64,000 nucleotides of DNA, from assembly GCA_036172245.1 (NCBI GenBank), contig JAYWIR010000032.1, positions 1,178,001 to 1,242,000 of the forward strand, given 5' to 3'. Origin of the DNA: Raillietiella orientalis (taxonomy: Eukaryota). Positions 1 to 13,028 of this stretch are shown piece after piece. The translations under genes were made by a program, and so were the position numbers. Every line of letters starts with the position of its first letter. The first letter of the stretch is position 1. The notes under the pieces are model-generated. The model was not told the origin of the DNA and ran no database searches. It saw only the letters and a program-made list of their open reading frames with translations.

Positions 1-3000
1 AGTCTGGACCCTCCTCCCCTCGTGAGATCCTCCCGGAAGAGGAGACAGGAAACGAAAATGGAATAGAAGGGGAGGCTGAGCGGGCCCCTCTCTTTTCCCG
101 AAGGCCCGGGAATCGTGAGAAGGATGGAGTCCGACCCTTCCCGAATTCCCGGCGCCGCGAGTCATCAGCCTCCCTCAGATCGGCACACTCCTCAGAGGAG
201 CGAGGACGGACACTCCGGCGGCCGATCACGTTCGCTTGTTTTCGTGACCAGGGGACGAAAGTAAAAGGTCAGAGTGCACCCGAGAGCGCTGTCGGCAGGG
301 AGGTGGAAGGGAGGGCGTCGGGTGGAAACCGTTGCCCGCAGGAGAAGCTCCTGGAGTTCAGGGAACGCCCCCGAGCGCTTCTGGGATCGCCACCCGGCCC
401 GCCTAATCTCCCTTTTCCCCCTCTGGGGTCACAAAAGGGGGCGGGAGAGAGGACCCACCCCTCGGGACAGGGAGGAACGCTTCCTACCCGCCCCGTTTCC
501 TGCCCTCTTTCGGCGGAAAGGGCGACCTCTCGCTGCGGTCTGACCGGCGGTGCAGCCAGCGGCGTTTTCCAGCCCTGTCTCCTCCATCCGTTCCTGAGAG
601 GGGGTCGTTGCCCCCTGGAGGCCTCCCGAGTGTCGTCTCTTCCCTGGTTCGTCGCCCAACCGCTTCCTTGCCGGAGGGAGGGACCAGCCTCTTTCGGAAG
701 AGCGTCGCACCAGGCGACGGCGGGGTTGCTGCGGCGGGCAGAAGGGGGCAAAGGGAGAGCGCTCTCCTCCAGCGACTCCTCCGTGCTCCTTCCCGAGAAG
801 CACCCGGGAGGGGAGAGACACCTCTTTCAGGCGATGCTGCCCTCGGAGCCATTGGTCATCTCCACGGCTCCTCCTCCAAGTCTGGATGGCACGATCTCAG
901 GGGGGGGCGCCTCGAAGGAAGACCTCCGGCGGAAGGAAGCTCGGGGGAGCCCCCGCAGAGGTCGGCGCCCCTCGCCAGCGACTTCCCGCTGCCTACCGGT
1001 GGCGGATAGATGCCTCCTCCTCCGGGAAAGCGAGGAGCCGCGCGCCTTCGTTCCGGGCGGTCCAGCACAGGAAGGGGCGCGTTTCCAGGAGACAGGTCTT
1101 CGAAAAACGGTCCGGAGGAAGAAGAGCTTGGCGAGGCTGCTTCCAACACCGCCACCACCCGCGATGGATGGCTCCGGCGTTGTGCGCATGAGCCTCTGCT
1201 GCAGCAGCGTGCGCCAACTGCCTGCAGGAGCACGCTGGAGGCCACGAGGGACGCAACCCGCGAAGGGCATAGAGAGCGCGCGACGGACAGAGGAGCTCAG
1301 GCTTGCCTCCAGGCACACGCGGTCCCCAGTTCACGGGGCACGGACCTCGACGCAGACGCCCCGCCTGGACACCGTCGACGGCAGTAGTGAGTGACGCGCT
1401 GCTGGCAGCCTCAGCTGGGTGAAGGAGGACGTCCCAAAGAGGAGGTCGCCCTTGCGGGTCATCACGGAGACCCCCCAGAGCGCTGTATCCGGGAGCGCTC
1501 AACGAGGAGTATCCAGGAGGAGGGAGGCCAGCCCTCTAAGGGCCGCCGATACGCCGAACGGCAGCTAGGAGGTGTCCGGAGCCGGGGATGTCGGGAACGT
1601 GGACCAGCGGGAGGATGAGGCAGTAGTCCGGGAGGGCTCCGGAGTCCCTGCCAAGACGTGGGACAGTTTCTTCCTCACAGGCGGAGCGCTCAGCACAAGC
1701 GCGCTGGCGAGTGAGCCCGAATTCTCAGAAGCAGCAGTAGCAGCGCTGCCGAGGTCAAGAAAAAAAGCCTCAGAGGGTCGCCCTGCCCCCCCCCCCCCAT
1801 CTGCACCGCGGGCATGCCCACGGTAGCGCACCTCGCGACGCGCTTGGCTCAGTCCGAAACGACGAGAGGCTGCTGAGGAAACGCCAGGTGACCGGGAAGC
1901 TGCGGAGAGCAGGCTCCGGCACGGGCAGGAGACGGCGTGAAAGCACCAGAAGTCCGCCTTCCCCCCTCCCTCTCCCCGCTACCATCCCTTCCGTTCAGAG
2001 GATGATTCTCGGACCAGTCTTGGGGCAGAGGGATCGCTGGAATCCCGGAGCGGGTGGAAGAAGAAGTATTGAAGCGCTTCTTCTTCGTCTCCTTCTGTCC
2101 TCCCCCCCTTTCCTTCCACCTTTGCTTAACGAGTTTCCCTCTGGAGCGGACGTCGGCATCCGCAGGAGCCGAGCAATCAGGGAAATCTTTTCGGACGCGC
2201 GCCGTGCGATCCGCGCCACGCCCACCTCTGCGAAAACCGCGGTTTGGGGGGATAGGCAGTGATAGCGGCGTTGCTCGCGGGAGAGGACGGAGGGAGGGTG
2301 GAAAAGGATAGCGGCGGGAGGGCGCGCACCTGGAAGCCGCCGCACTGCACCGTGCGCAGCAGGGCCGCTTCCGGGGATGAACTCTCTCGGCGCAGAGAAA
2401 ACAAAGCACGTCAGCGCGGGTCGCGGCGTCCCACGTATCCGCCAGAGAACTTCTCAAGCACTGCCTGGGAAGCCGGAACCGGACGAACGGGATGCACGCA
2501 TCCCCGCGTCCCGGGCGCGTCCGTGCGACCCCGGAACCTCCCCGAGCGCGACGCGCATGCGTCTCTCTCTGCCTGAAGGGTGGAGGAGGCACTGTCGGGG
2601 CACGAGCAGGGCGAGCTCACGGGTGCTCCGGAACTTCACACTTTGCGACGAAACCCTCTTCCCCTCTTAGCAACGCGACGTCCTCTCGCCAGAGGGAGTG
2701 TTCGAGTTACGTACATCCCGGATCAAGGTATCCCTCGCAGTGTTCCAGCGCCAACCCCGCCATCAACAGTCCTGGAAAGCTCGCTTCGACCGCCGCGCCT
2801 TCTAATCGCCATCACGTCGTGCTCGCGCAACTTGCCACGCGCGCAAGGCCTCTGAAAGGACAGGCCTTCTTGTTCGCCAGGAAACGCATCACGCTGCTCC
2901 TGCGCGCTGCAAGCGGTCGCCGATGCCGCCACAACAGGAAAGTCACTCCACGTGCCCATGGTGCCCGGAATACGTAACCTACCAAAGCTAAACATCCTGG

Positions 3001-5064
3001 TTCACGGAGGTCCAACCGTTCACGTCCCAGGCATTCTGATAAGGGCAAGGCGTAGGTGGGCCTTGGGGAAACATGCAGGCGCCGTGGGCGAGCTGGGTAT
3101 CCACGCGCGCGCGAGCCACCGGTAGGAACCGAATTCCTGTTGGTGCACACGGCGACCCGTCAAGTGAGGACGGGCTTGCGACCTGCACGCATCGCAGATG
3201 AAAAGCGCCCCACGGAGGAGGCTGAAAGATGCACCTCGGACGAAAACATGCGGAGGGGGGACGGGGACGGCACAAGGACCGGGACCAGCAGTTGGAACAC
3301 ACTCGGAGCAGATGCTCTCGCGACGGAGATCCGTGCTCGAAAAGATCAGCCTCCGATTCGAGGACCACAAGTGGCAGATGCCATCGCAGTGATGAAAGGA
3401 AGCTTCAACGAATCGCAAGTCACAGGATGCCTCCGTGGCAATTTTTGGCGGGATGGGTAAAACGTACTCTGGCAACAAAAGCAATGCAACCCGACTTTCT
3501 CTATCATTGCTGGGTAGCACTGAGCTGTCAACGGTTTGGTCTTTGGTGAACCTTGCGAGATCCAGGTCTCTTTTTTCTTTTCTTTTTTTCTATTTTGTTT
3601 TATTTTTTTTTCAACAGCCGAAATCTCACCGGAGAAGGGAGGGGGGGAGCTAGGAAGAGTGCTGTGCATCCGAACATTCAGCAGAGGAACCTCAGACTGA
3701 GGGAAAAAAACACCACACGAAAACAGAGCGTTTCCCCAAAGGATGCTGATACTTTTCACGTCTGATTTATTCCGGTCTGTATTGTGTTACAGCCTGAAAG
3801 CAAATCCCAGGCATCCTGCAGCCTTCCCGAGGATGCGTTGGCCTCGCCAAGGCAAGAAGCTCGCACTCCCAGCCGTACGCGAGCGACAACCCTTCCTGGG
3901 CGTCGGCGGTTGAAACGATGCGAGCCGCTCGAGTGAGCGCGGGATGACGGATCCGCGCGCCTTCCCGGCAGAAACCGCACTCTGAAAGTGAAATCTGCTG
4001 AATCCCAAACATGAGAATCAGAAGACGGACGGTGCGCTTCCGGCATCCCGACGCAAACCTTACGGAGACGAAAAGTGATTACAGAGAAACGGCGAGTCGT
4101 GCAGGACGAGATTTACAACTGCAAGGCTCCAAGGAGCAGCAACTGCCTGGATACGCGCGCAAGTGCAACGCAGGAAGCTTGAAATCTGCAACCGGCCCTC
4201 CGAATGCAAGATCTGGCGTGCGGGGTGGAAAGATCTGCACCGAAAGGAAAGCGCGTCCCGCCTTTTGAAACTTGAGAAGTGAAAACGACTCGCAGGAAAA
4301 AAGTCGGGCCAATTTCGAAAAACGCGAACTTCCGAATGCCGTTTACGAATTCACCCTTTCTTTCTTCTCTTTTCTTTTCTTTTTTTTTTTCTGGAAAAAA
4401 AAAAAAAAAAAGACTCCCACTTCTTGCTTGGGGCAGACAAAGAAGACAAGGGAGAACTTTAAGGGACGTGGGACTTCCAGCGCCCGTCTTCCGCAACCGC
4501 GAATCGTGTACCAAACTGACTTGCGTTCGGTACACGTTTGCGTTGGGGAGCGGACACTTCCAGCAACTCGGTACGCTGGCGTCTTATGGATGAGCCCACG
4601 GCCAGGATCCACGATTTTTGGATAAAATTCTGCATCGAACAAGAAAGTCCGCGAATAACCGAATCTCGCTCGAACTCTCAAGTGAGAAAAAATCCAAAGG
4701 GAAAAAGCACGCGACCTTGAAAGTGGTGGGTGGAAAAGTGAAACACATATGTGAAACACGTACACCAGGAGAATTCGGGAGCGTGCGAGAGCACCTCAAA
4801 AGCAGGTTACTCGTCCAATCAGCAGACACTCTTTATTTCTTCCACGAAATTCTAACCCTTTTCCCGCCGAATGACATTCTGTGTCACTACGCTTATCGGT
4901 TCACGGGATGAAATAAATGGGGAGATCCCAGCAACTTGCTATGCACGAGCCCTCGTCACTTTACATCGACGCTATCATTTTGTGACAAGAGTTGGGTGCG
5001 TAACCGTCACGGCTGCGATAACGGAACTTTTAACTTACAAACGAAAAACAGAAAAGCAAAAAAA

Positions 5065-8000
5065 ATGCAATTTACACGAATGTTCATTTGTTGCATTGTA
5101 ACCGATTGCATTCTCCTCTGTGCGGCTTGGCCGTTCCATAACGCAAGACTGCGCAAAGGTTTACTTGCTGCTCCAGAAAAAGATGCAGGAAATTCATCCC
5201 AGTTTGGTGAAGAATGGTTTCAGCAGAAGTTGGACCATTTCAATCACTCTTCCACTCAAACTTGGAATCAGGTGGGTGCAAAATCTTCCTCTTGATCCAA
5301 CATGTAGGTGCTCCAGAAATTTTTCCGCAATGACGAGTACTTTAGAGAAGGAGGACCAATATTCCTCATGATTGGGGGTGAAGGACCTGCAAACAGTGTA
5401 TGGATGTCCAATGGCGAATGGATCGTACTGGCCAAACGCTTTGGTGCCATGTGCTTCCTTTTAGAGCACAGATACTACGGAGACAGCCATCCTGTTCAGT
5501 GAGTGTCCAGTGCTTGGGTTTCAGTTCATGATTGGGAGGAAAAACAACAACGCCTTACCTAGAAATCTCAGCACCAAAAATTTGAAATTTCTGAGCAGTC
5601 GGCAAGCATTAGAAGATCTGGCAAACTTTGCCAAGAAAATGAAATCTGAGTTGGACTTGAATAACAGCAAAGTCATTGTGTTTGGTGGCTCCTATTCTGG
5701 AGCACTAGCAGCATGGGCTCGCTCCTTATATCCAGATGTTATACATGGAGCAGTTGCCAGTAGTGCTCCTGTTGTGGCAACTACAAATTTCCAACGTAAA
5801 TCCCAACCACTTTGACCAGCATCATTAACTGGCTGTTGTTTCTAGAATACCTGGATGTAGTAGCTAAATCTTTAGGGCCTAGCTGCATATCACCTATTGC
5901 AAATGGATTAACCCAGATAAAAAGCTTAATGAAAGAACCTGGTGGAGATCAATGGATTTCGGACAACTTTAAGTAAACATGAACATAACCTTGAACATGC
6001 ACAAATTCCAAACAGGCTTTGTCTTCCTCTTAACCATACCAACACAATGGATGTTGCCAATTTCTTTCAAAGTGTGGCTGATCGTTTCATGGACGTAGTT
6101 CAATATAACAAGGATAACAGGGGATTTGAAGGGGTCAAAGGAACCAACCTGACCATTGATAAGATATGTGCTGTGCTAATTGATGAATACAAAAGAACAG
6201 ATGCCTTGCATGCACTGATAGCAGCTAATGACATATACATGGCTGCCAAGGAGGAAAAGTGCATGGAGCATCAGTACAAGCAGATGATAGATGAACTCTC
6301 TCAGATTTCCTGGAAAGACTCTGAAGGAGGTAAAAAAAAAAAAAAAAGGGAATGTACAAACTAATGAAAACTGAGATTAGCTAGGCAGTGGCTCTACCAA
6401 AGCTGTACAGAATTTGGCTTCTTTCAATCATCGGATTCTCCTAGGCAACCATTCCATAACCTTTTTCCAATTTCAACTGTGGTGTGCCAATGTGCTGATG
6501 TTTTTGGCAAGCGTTTCACATACAGCTCTGTGGAGCTTGCAGTGTATGAGACAAACAAGTATTATGGAAAACGACATTTTAAAGTGGACCGAATATTTTT
6601 CATTAATGGGATGATAGACCCTTGGCATGTTCTTAGTGTGTTACATGATTCTACAACAGTTCACAGCCGTCTTCTTAAAGGTAAGTTCCAACTGTATAAA
6701 AGGAAGAAAAAAATATTTTGTAACGGAAGGGCGATAAATTCAATAAACAAACAGAAAAATTTACAAAATAAAAGAAAACGTAATTTACTCATATGTTAAT
6801 TCAAGACCACTTTTCGGATTAACAAAATGTTGTGAGGGATGGGATACCGGGTAAACATTCATGGATGTCAAGCACCGCTTCCATGTATTTGCACGAGTGC
6901 TAGTAACATCAGCACATTGTTACATAATAAACATTAGGTGATACAACAGTAGAAAGGACCGTTTTCTAATACACAATACGTAAATCTCCTCTATTATGTG
7001 GGTGAATCGTGGAACACAAGAAATACATAAAGTGACAGTTTGTGCTGATAAACGAAATATCTTGAGGCGGATGGCTTTAATTCGTATCTGAATTTCACTA
7101 CTGTATACAATCATGATATCCTAAGTTAAACTAACCTTATCATGGTGAGAATTCCAAATCGAAATGGGGTAGCGATTCAAGTGAAAATGCGAAAGTAGCT
7201 TCTCTATAAAAACAGTATGCATAAAATAAGTAGTGAACAATTAGATGATATAAAACAGTGCACGCAACGACCATTCAAGCTGTTAGCATGTTGTTTATTA
7301 GCAGAATGAAGGTGCAGGAAAAAAAAAAATGAGACGAAAAACTGCATAGCGCAATCAGGGTTCCACCATCTTGGCGATCGTAATTATTGAGTTCGGATGA
7401 TACCGAACAGAGTACCAAATACCGAGTTGAAGCAAACAGCTTTAGTTTTCACCCGGACTCTCCAAGTCGTAAAAGGAAAAACTTTAGTGCAATTAAAACA
7501 TGGAAACGTTTCCGAACTAGATCTTCTCTTTGTAACGCTATTTACAAATAATAAGCTACTGAACATGCTTTAAAAACAAAGATGGCTACTGCCTTAAGAT
7601 GAAGAAGATGGTTCTGCTTTATGTTAACTTAAGACTTAACTTGCACTAAAGTTTGTAGGTCTCCACTCTTCAGATCGGATCACTTAACGTTGACATTTTA
7701 TTGAAACGGAACGGATCGGTTTGGTGTGCAGTCATTCAGCTATGTGAGTCGCTTAAGTAAAGTTAACTTCGTCTAGCTAAGTGAGCAATACATGAATGTC
7801 GTTAACTGCATGGAAATGTATCTGGAATGCACAATGAGGATGTTTCACTTGAACCAAGAATGTGCCACCAAGAATTGCTTCCAGTCCACTCTTTCATAAG
7901 GACGTGTCAACATTGTTGTTTTCAGAAGAGTACATTTTCTCATCCGATTGCTTATAATAGTCTGATTCTGTGTGGTGAGGATAAAATTGAAGAAACTTGA

Positions 8001-11000
8001 TGACCCAACACTGAATTTCTAGAAGATTAGTGAGAGAAAGAAAGGAAAGAAAACTCGCAAAGTTAGTTCTGAAAGCCAAAATCAATAGCAGGCTGGACTT
8101 TCTGTTGCTTTTTTTTGCTGTTGTTGTTGTTTAGTTTAGGTGTTGATCATCCTTTTCATCATGATTAATATATTATACAAAACTATAGAAAATAGGCGGT
8201 TGAGAAAATAGGCGTAAAAGCTGCATGGATGTTTTTTTTTTTCTCTCGGTTTTTTTTGAATATAATGATAAAATTGAAACTTTTATCCTGGAGGGTCATA
8301 AGAAACATAATAGACAAAAGTAATCAAATGATCTCGATTTATCAGTGGAATGTAAACAACGGATCTCTGAAGTGTAAATGGACAAATCATATAAAGTAAG
8401 GAGGTGCATTTTTGGTTCTGAAGGCCAGTTTAAAAATAATAACAGTGCGCTGTTAAAGGAAGTCTTTTTTAAAATTTAGAGCTGCTTGACATTTATTTTG
8501 CTAAAATTACGAGCCATCGTAAAACGGGGAATCCGAATGAAAAACGATGGCCACCTTAGCGACGCGCAATTTGCATTTAAGGTAATTGGAATCCCGGTCT
8601 AATTGATAAATTGAAATCGGATTAACAAGGAATAGGAAATGTCTCGTTTTGATGTTACAGACATATGAAGCGAATGCATAGCTTTTGGACTCATGCAAGT
8701 GAAATAAAGAAAGAAAAAGGTATTGCTGAGGTCTGCCACATAGATACATTCTAGATAACTGATCAGTTTAACATAGAATAATCTCAAAGGACAGCTTAAT
8801 TTCTGGTTCTCCACCCCGAAGAAGTATACATGCAAAGGAATCGAATATGGAATGATTCGTAAATTTGTGTTTCAAATGTGCCATAATTTAAAAGCACCGA
8901 TGCAGCAAAATTGTGAAACAGTTTGCAATTCATTGTAAGGATCAATGAATCGAGAAGATGCACGCCAGAGGAAAGTAAGCCGCATCTTGGAGTGGCAGTT
9001 GGGATAATTTTTCGTAAGGTCATCTTCCGTCTTCCAACAGTCTTAAAATCCAAGAATAAAACCTGTAAAATTAAATAGATTCCTTAGCGATTGCAAACAA
9101 CGTTGCACCCGAAAATTCTCTGTTCGGACAAGAAAAGCTTGCCTTCGAGGTGGAAGACACCGCTGGAAGATGAACTGATTTGTTTTAAGAAGACTCACAG
9201 ACGACGGCAGCTCTGTTTTCATTAATGGGACGAATGATTTCAGATGGGAGGCAGCGGTATGACTAATTCCAAACAAAGCATTAGATTGTCCGTCTTCCTC
9301 CTTCCCTCATGCTACTTTTGCTCTTAAAAAAGTGATGCACTGCATCTTCATACTTCAACAGGAAAATGGTAGGCATGGAAGCAACTGACCCCCACTATTC
9401 CTGGGAATATTACTATGTGAGAATGAGTTGCGTTGACGTGTTGCTAACAGCCAATCGAGGAGTGGCGCAAGTTGAGCTTCACAAGTTACAGTGAGCGAAG
9501 TATCGTCTGAAAATTCTTTTGATTCCAAACTCCTTTGATTTGGAAGTTTGGTTTCGAGTCAGAAGCTGGATTCTGGAGTCTTTCTGAAATCGCCCACAAC
9601 ATGTTGATTGTCCTTGTTCGAGGGGGGGAAACAGGAGCGCGAAGCTTTCGAACGGAAGAGCCAAGCTTGCTGAAGACGGAAAGAAGGCAAGCAGCAGCGT
9701 TTTCGAGGCGCTTGACCTCAGACTCCGCAAACGCATCCTGAGCTTCGAGGCATCCGAATCCCGCTGCTTCTTGGCAGCAGCACTCTGAGAGCTCTGCCCT
9801 CGAAGCAACAGCGCAGACGACGCCAGGGCGACGTATAGAGACGAGCCGAAGGGAAGCGGCCACCGGCAGCGGAAGCCCTCTTGGGTTCGAAACCGCTCTT
9901 GCAGAGGTCGCGATAGGTGTTGTCGTGGTACGCCGGGATGTTGCGCGCCCGGTGGAACCGGAGCAGTGCGAGATCGCGGCGCCAAGCGAGGAGCGGGCGT
10001 CGCCGCCGTCTGACGACGGGCTGCCTCGAGCGGCAACGAGTCCGCCCGCCTTGCCGCGAGCCGAAGAACCAGGTCGTGCCGGCGGAAGCATCTGAACGGA
10101 AGTGGAGAAACACCCGGGATCCACTTCCGGAAGTCCGCAAGAGCGAAGAGAACGAGGGACGGCGCAGGAGGAAGATCCCTCCCGACGACCACCCGGCGGA
10201 CGCTGACTGCGGGGAGGAATCCCGGGCTGCTGCCAGCGCTCCTTTCTCCCACGGGAAGAGAAAGGAAGAGGAGGAGGGGGGGAGACGGGAATCTTCGCCA
10301 GAGTGCGCTCCCTCCGCGGCAAGATCCGCCCGCGGCGGCAAACCGCGCGAAGAGTCCTGGTTCCCAGGAAGTATCGATCCCGAACGAGGTCCTATGGACC
10401 TCCTGCGACGGCGACCGCGGGGTTCCCGTCGACCGACATCGCGTGGTTGCCATCTTCCCGCCTTTGTCGTCCGCGCCGGCAGCTCACTCGCCGACCTCGC
10501 AGCCGCGGGGCAGAAGATTCTCCTCAGACGGGATCCGAGGGGAAAGGACGCCCGCAGGGAACCTGCACCTCCCATCTAGGAGAGGACACACTGGACACTG
10601 GCCAATAATCACGGGGAGAAGGAACGGCTGCTAAGGAGAGCTCGACGACGTGGGCCGAAAAAGCGGTGGTGGGGAAGGGCGGCGCTCATCTCATCCTCCC
10701 GGTCTTCCAGGCAACGCTTCGCTTAAGTAATCCCGGACCGGGGCAGGCATCCGCTGCCACCTTCCGAGACTCACAGCGAGGGGGCGCCGCCGAGTTCAGG
10801 TGGCGTCGAGGAGATGCGAGCCCAGGTTCCCCCCCCCAACCCTCCGCACAGAAGTTCCGCCTCGATCCCGTCCCTCCCTCCGGGCGGGAGGAAAGCGATG
10901 TGCGAATCCCTGCGCGGGCACGGAGGCCGAGAGAGCACCAGGAGCACGGCGAGGAGGAGGATGGAGGGAGAACTGCGCGCGGTGAGACGGGGAGAGGGGA

Positions 11001-12521
11001 GGGAAGCGCAGCGCCCGTCTGCGGCATGGGCTTCGCACTCTGAGATCCTCCCTGCGGTGGTCGAGCACCGGCAGCGAGCGACGCCGTTGCCACGACTCGT
11101 CTCGACTCGAAAGAGACTCCACAATCTTCCCTCTTTGCCCTTTCTTCTCGCCCTCCTGCTCTTCCCTCCCTCTTCGTGCTCTTCCTTCTATCCTTCCCTT
11201 CCATATCGCCTTCATTTTCATCACCTTCGCAGCCACCTCCTGCCCTTGTTCTCCTTCTCTTTCATCTCCTTCTCATTCTCTCCTCCTCCTTTCCTCTTCC
11301 TCTCCTCTTTCCCTTCTCCTGTTCCTTCTTTCTTCCTCCCTTCCTTTCCTGCTTCCTTTCCTCACCATTCTCCCTTCGCCCTCACCATCCCGCTCTATCG
11401 TCTCCGCATCCACCACCTGCTCATGTTCTTCTTCTGTTGCACTTCTCCCCCTCCTCCTGTTTTTTCGTTCCTTCCCCTTCCCACTATCGCCGTCATCTCC
11501 GCATGCATCTCATCATCCTCATCGATTCTGGCTCCGTTCTTCCTTCTCGTGCTCATCCCCTCTTCATCCTCCTCACCGTCGCCACCCTCTCCTCTTCTGC
11601 TGCTCGTCACTGCGCCGCTGAAGTTCCTCCAGGAGCCCCTCGAGTGTGCGCTGGGACGGGGCGAGGGAGCGCGCGGCAGGGGTGCCCCCTGCCGCGCGCT
11701 CCCTTGCCGCAGCGTTCCCGGAGCGCGCGCCGAGGACGGTGGGATATCTTCACTCTCGGCCCACTCGGACCACGCTCTCGGGGTCTGCGGGCTCCAGGAT
11801 TTCGGGAACTTCCGAAACTCCCTGCGGCTCCCTCGCGCGCGTCCTCTGCTCTGCGCTGGGGGTGCGTGTGGGGCGCTGCCTCCCTCGATCGGGAGGAGCA
11901 GGCGGGAGTCACGCGGCCGGATCGCGCGCGTTCCCGGAAGGGAGCGTGAGGAGGCCTCCCCCTCCCCAAACGTTCCCTGTTCCCCTCTCTCTCTCCCGGG
12001 AGAGCCCCTTCCCGTCTCGGGCGAAGGCCTTCCGGGATGGAGGGGGCGGGGAAGGGAGCGGGAGGAGGGATTCCCGCCGGGACCGCCGCCGCGACGGCGG
12101 GAGCAGCGGCGCTCTCCGGTTCCCCGGGGGTCATCCTCGCCCCGCAGGCGCTCCCCAGGGCAACGGCGGAGATCTCGGTCGGAGCGGGATCGATCGGGAC
12201 GCGGAATTCCGGGATTCTCCCCCGGGAAGCTCGAAGGGAAGGAGGGGACCGATCCCTGCGGGACCGGCGCGCGCGCTTCGCTCCCTCCCGGCCCGCGGCG
12301 CCCGGGACTCCGGGAAGACCTCCCTCCCTCCCCGCTTGCGCCCTTCCCGGGAGCGCCGGATTCCCGCTGAGACTGTTGGTCTTCCAGGGACCGCCCACTG
12401 CGCCGACATATACCCGGCGTCCGAGGAGGACCCCCAGGAGCTGCTGGACACCCGCCGGAAGGTCGCGGACACCGTCGCCTTGTGGATCTCCGCGGAGGTG
12501 CCCGTGGAATCGAAGGAATAA
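5065..12521 (+). CDS. Peptidase S28 family serine carboxypeptidase (PRSS16/K12H4.7-like), 7 exons, 498 aa, probable signal peptide
   Basis: Exons 5065-5271, 5317-5498, 5563-5795, 5846-5972, 6016-6329, 6381-6680, 12388-12521 (1497 nt, all introns GT-AG, phases match). S28 motifs: [39 protein letters not shown], nucleophile [27 protein letters not shown], acid NGMIDPW, catalytic His GTAHCADIY. Confidence 0.92.
12388..12521 (+). CDS. Terminal exon of the S28 peptidase (catalytic His and C-terminal helix)
   Basis: Acceptor cttccag at 12381-12387; phase 1 matches the donor at 6680|gtaagt. Encodes (G)[49 protein letters not shown] at 12517-12522 overlaps the stop codon. Confidence 0.9.
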
Positions 12522-12815
12522 AAGGAGGGGGGAGCAGGGTAGGACAACGGAGGAATTCCGGGAACGGAGGGAGAGAAGGGTGGTAAGAGAGGGGGGGGAG
12601 AGGAGCGAGGGGGAACAAGGGCGAGCGGGTCCGACGGAAGAGGCGGCGCGCCGCTGCTGCTGCTGCCGCTGCCGCCGCCGCCCGCCACCGCGGCGCTCGC
12701 GGCGCTCGCGGCCGCTCCCGCGGAGTACCGTCGGAGCGCTCCCGAGGGACTCTCCGTCGCTGCCTGCGTGACGTAAGCGGCACCCCACGGGACTCCTCCG
12801 CGCGCGCGGGCTGAG

Positions 12816-12816
<1 letters not shown>

Positions 12817-12848
<32 letters not shown>
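12817..12848 (+). repeat. (GCC)n microsatellite upstream of the distal ZNF423-like ATG
   Basis: About 10 uninterrupted CGC/GCC units. Confidence 0.9.
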
Positions 12849-12851
<3 letters not shown>

Positions 12852-12988
12852 GTGCTGCTGCCTCCGGGAGCGAAACCCCGGCAGGAGCGCCCGCGCCCGC
12901 CCGCCCGCCCCGCACACAACAATGCGAGTCCCCGGCCGCGCGGCGGCGCTCCTACCGGCTCTTCCCGGATAGCGGCGGCGGCGAGGGG

Positions 12989-13028
12989 ATGCCCAGGAGG
13001 AAGCAGACGCAGCCGCGTCCACTCAAAC
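12989..13028 (+). CDS. ZNF423: Distal first coding exon of the ZNF423-like gene, [13 protein letters not shown] (NuRD-interaction-type motif)
   Basis: ATG at 12989, 13 codons plus 1 nt, then donor gtaagg at 13029. Matches the N-terminal MSRRKQxxP motif of FOG, SALL, BCL11, ZNF521 and ZNF423. Phase 1 fits the acceptors at 17152 and 40528. Confidence 0.8.

Noticed and set aside
269..3460. Long overlapping ORFs (e.g. 303-1394) in the left GC-rich block
   Set aside because: Rich in Arg/Pro/Gly/Ala, open in several frames at once, no recognisable domain; expected where stop codons are scarce.
6681..6799. Read-through C-terminus of S28 ([11 protein letters not shown]...)
   Set aside because: No catalytic His, a strong donor is present, and the true last exon is at 12388.
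7742..7749. AT|gtgagt donor that would form a split ATG with the ABHD12 exon at 49266, nesting ZNF423 in an ABHD12 intron
   Set aside because: It lies inside the same-strand S28 intron, and a closer phase-2 first exon exists at 48041-48123.
9486..9800. Protein-like minus-strand segment ([22 protein letters not shown]...)
   Set aside because: No recognisable family, start or splice structure; a BLASTx search would settle it.
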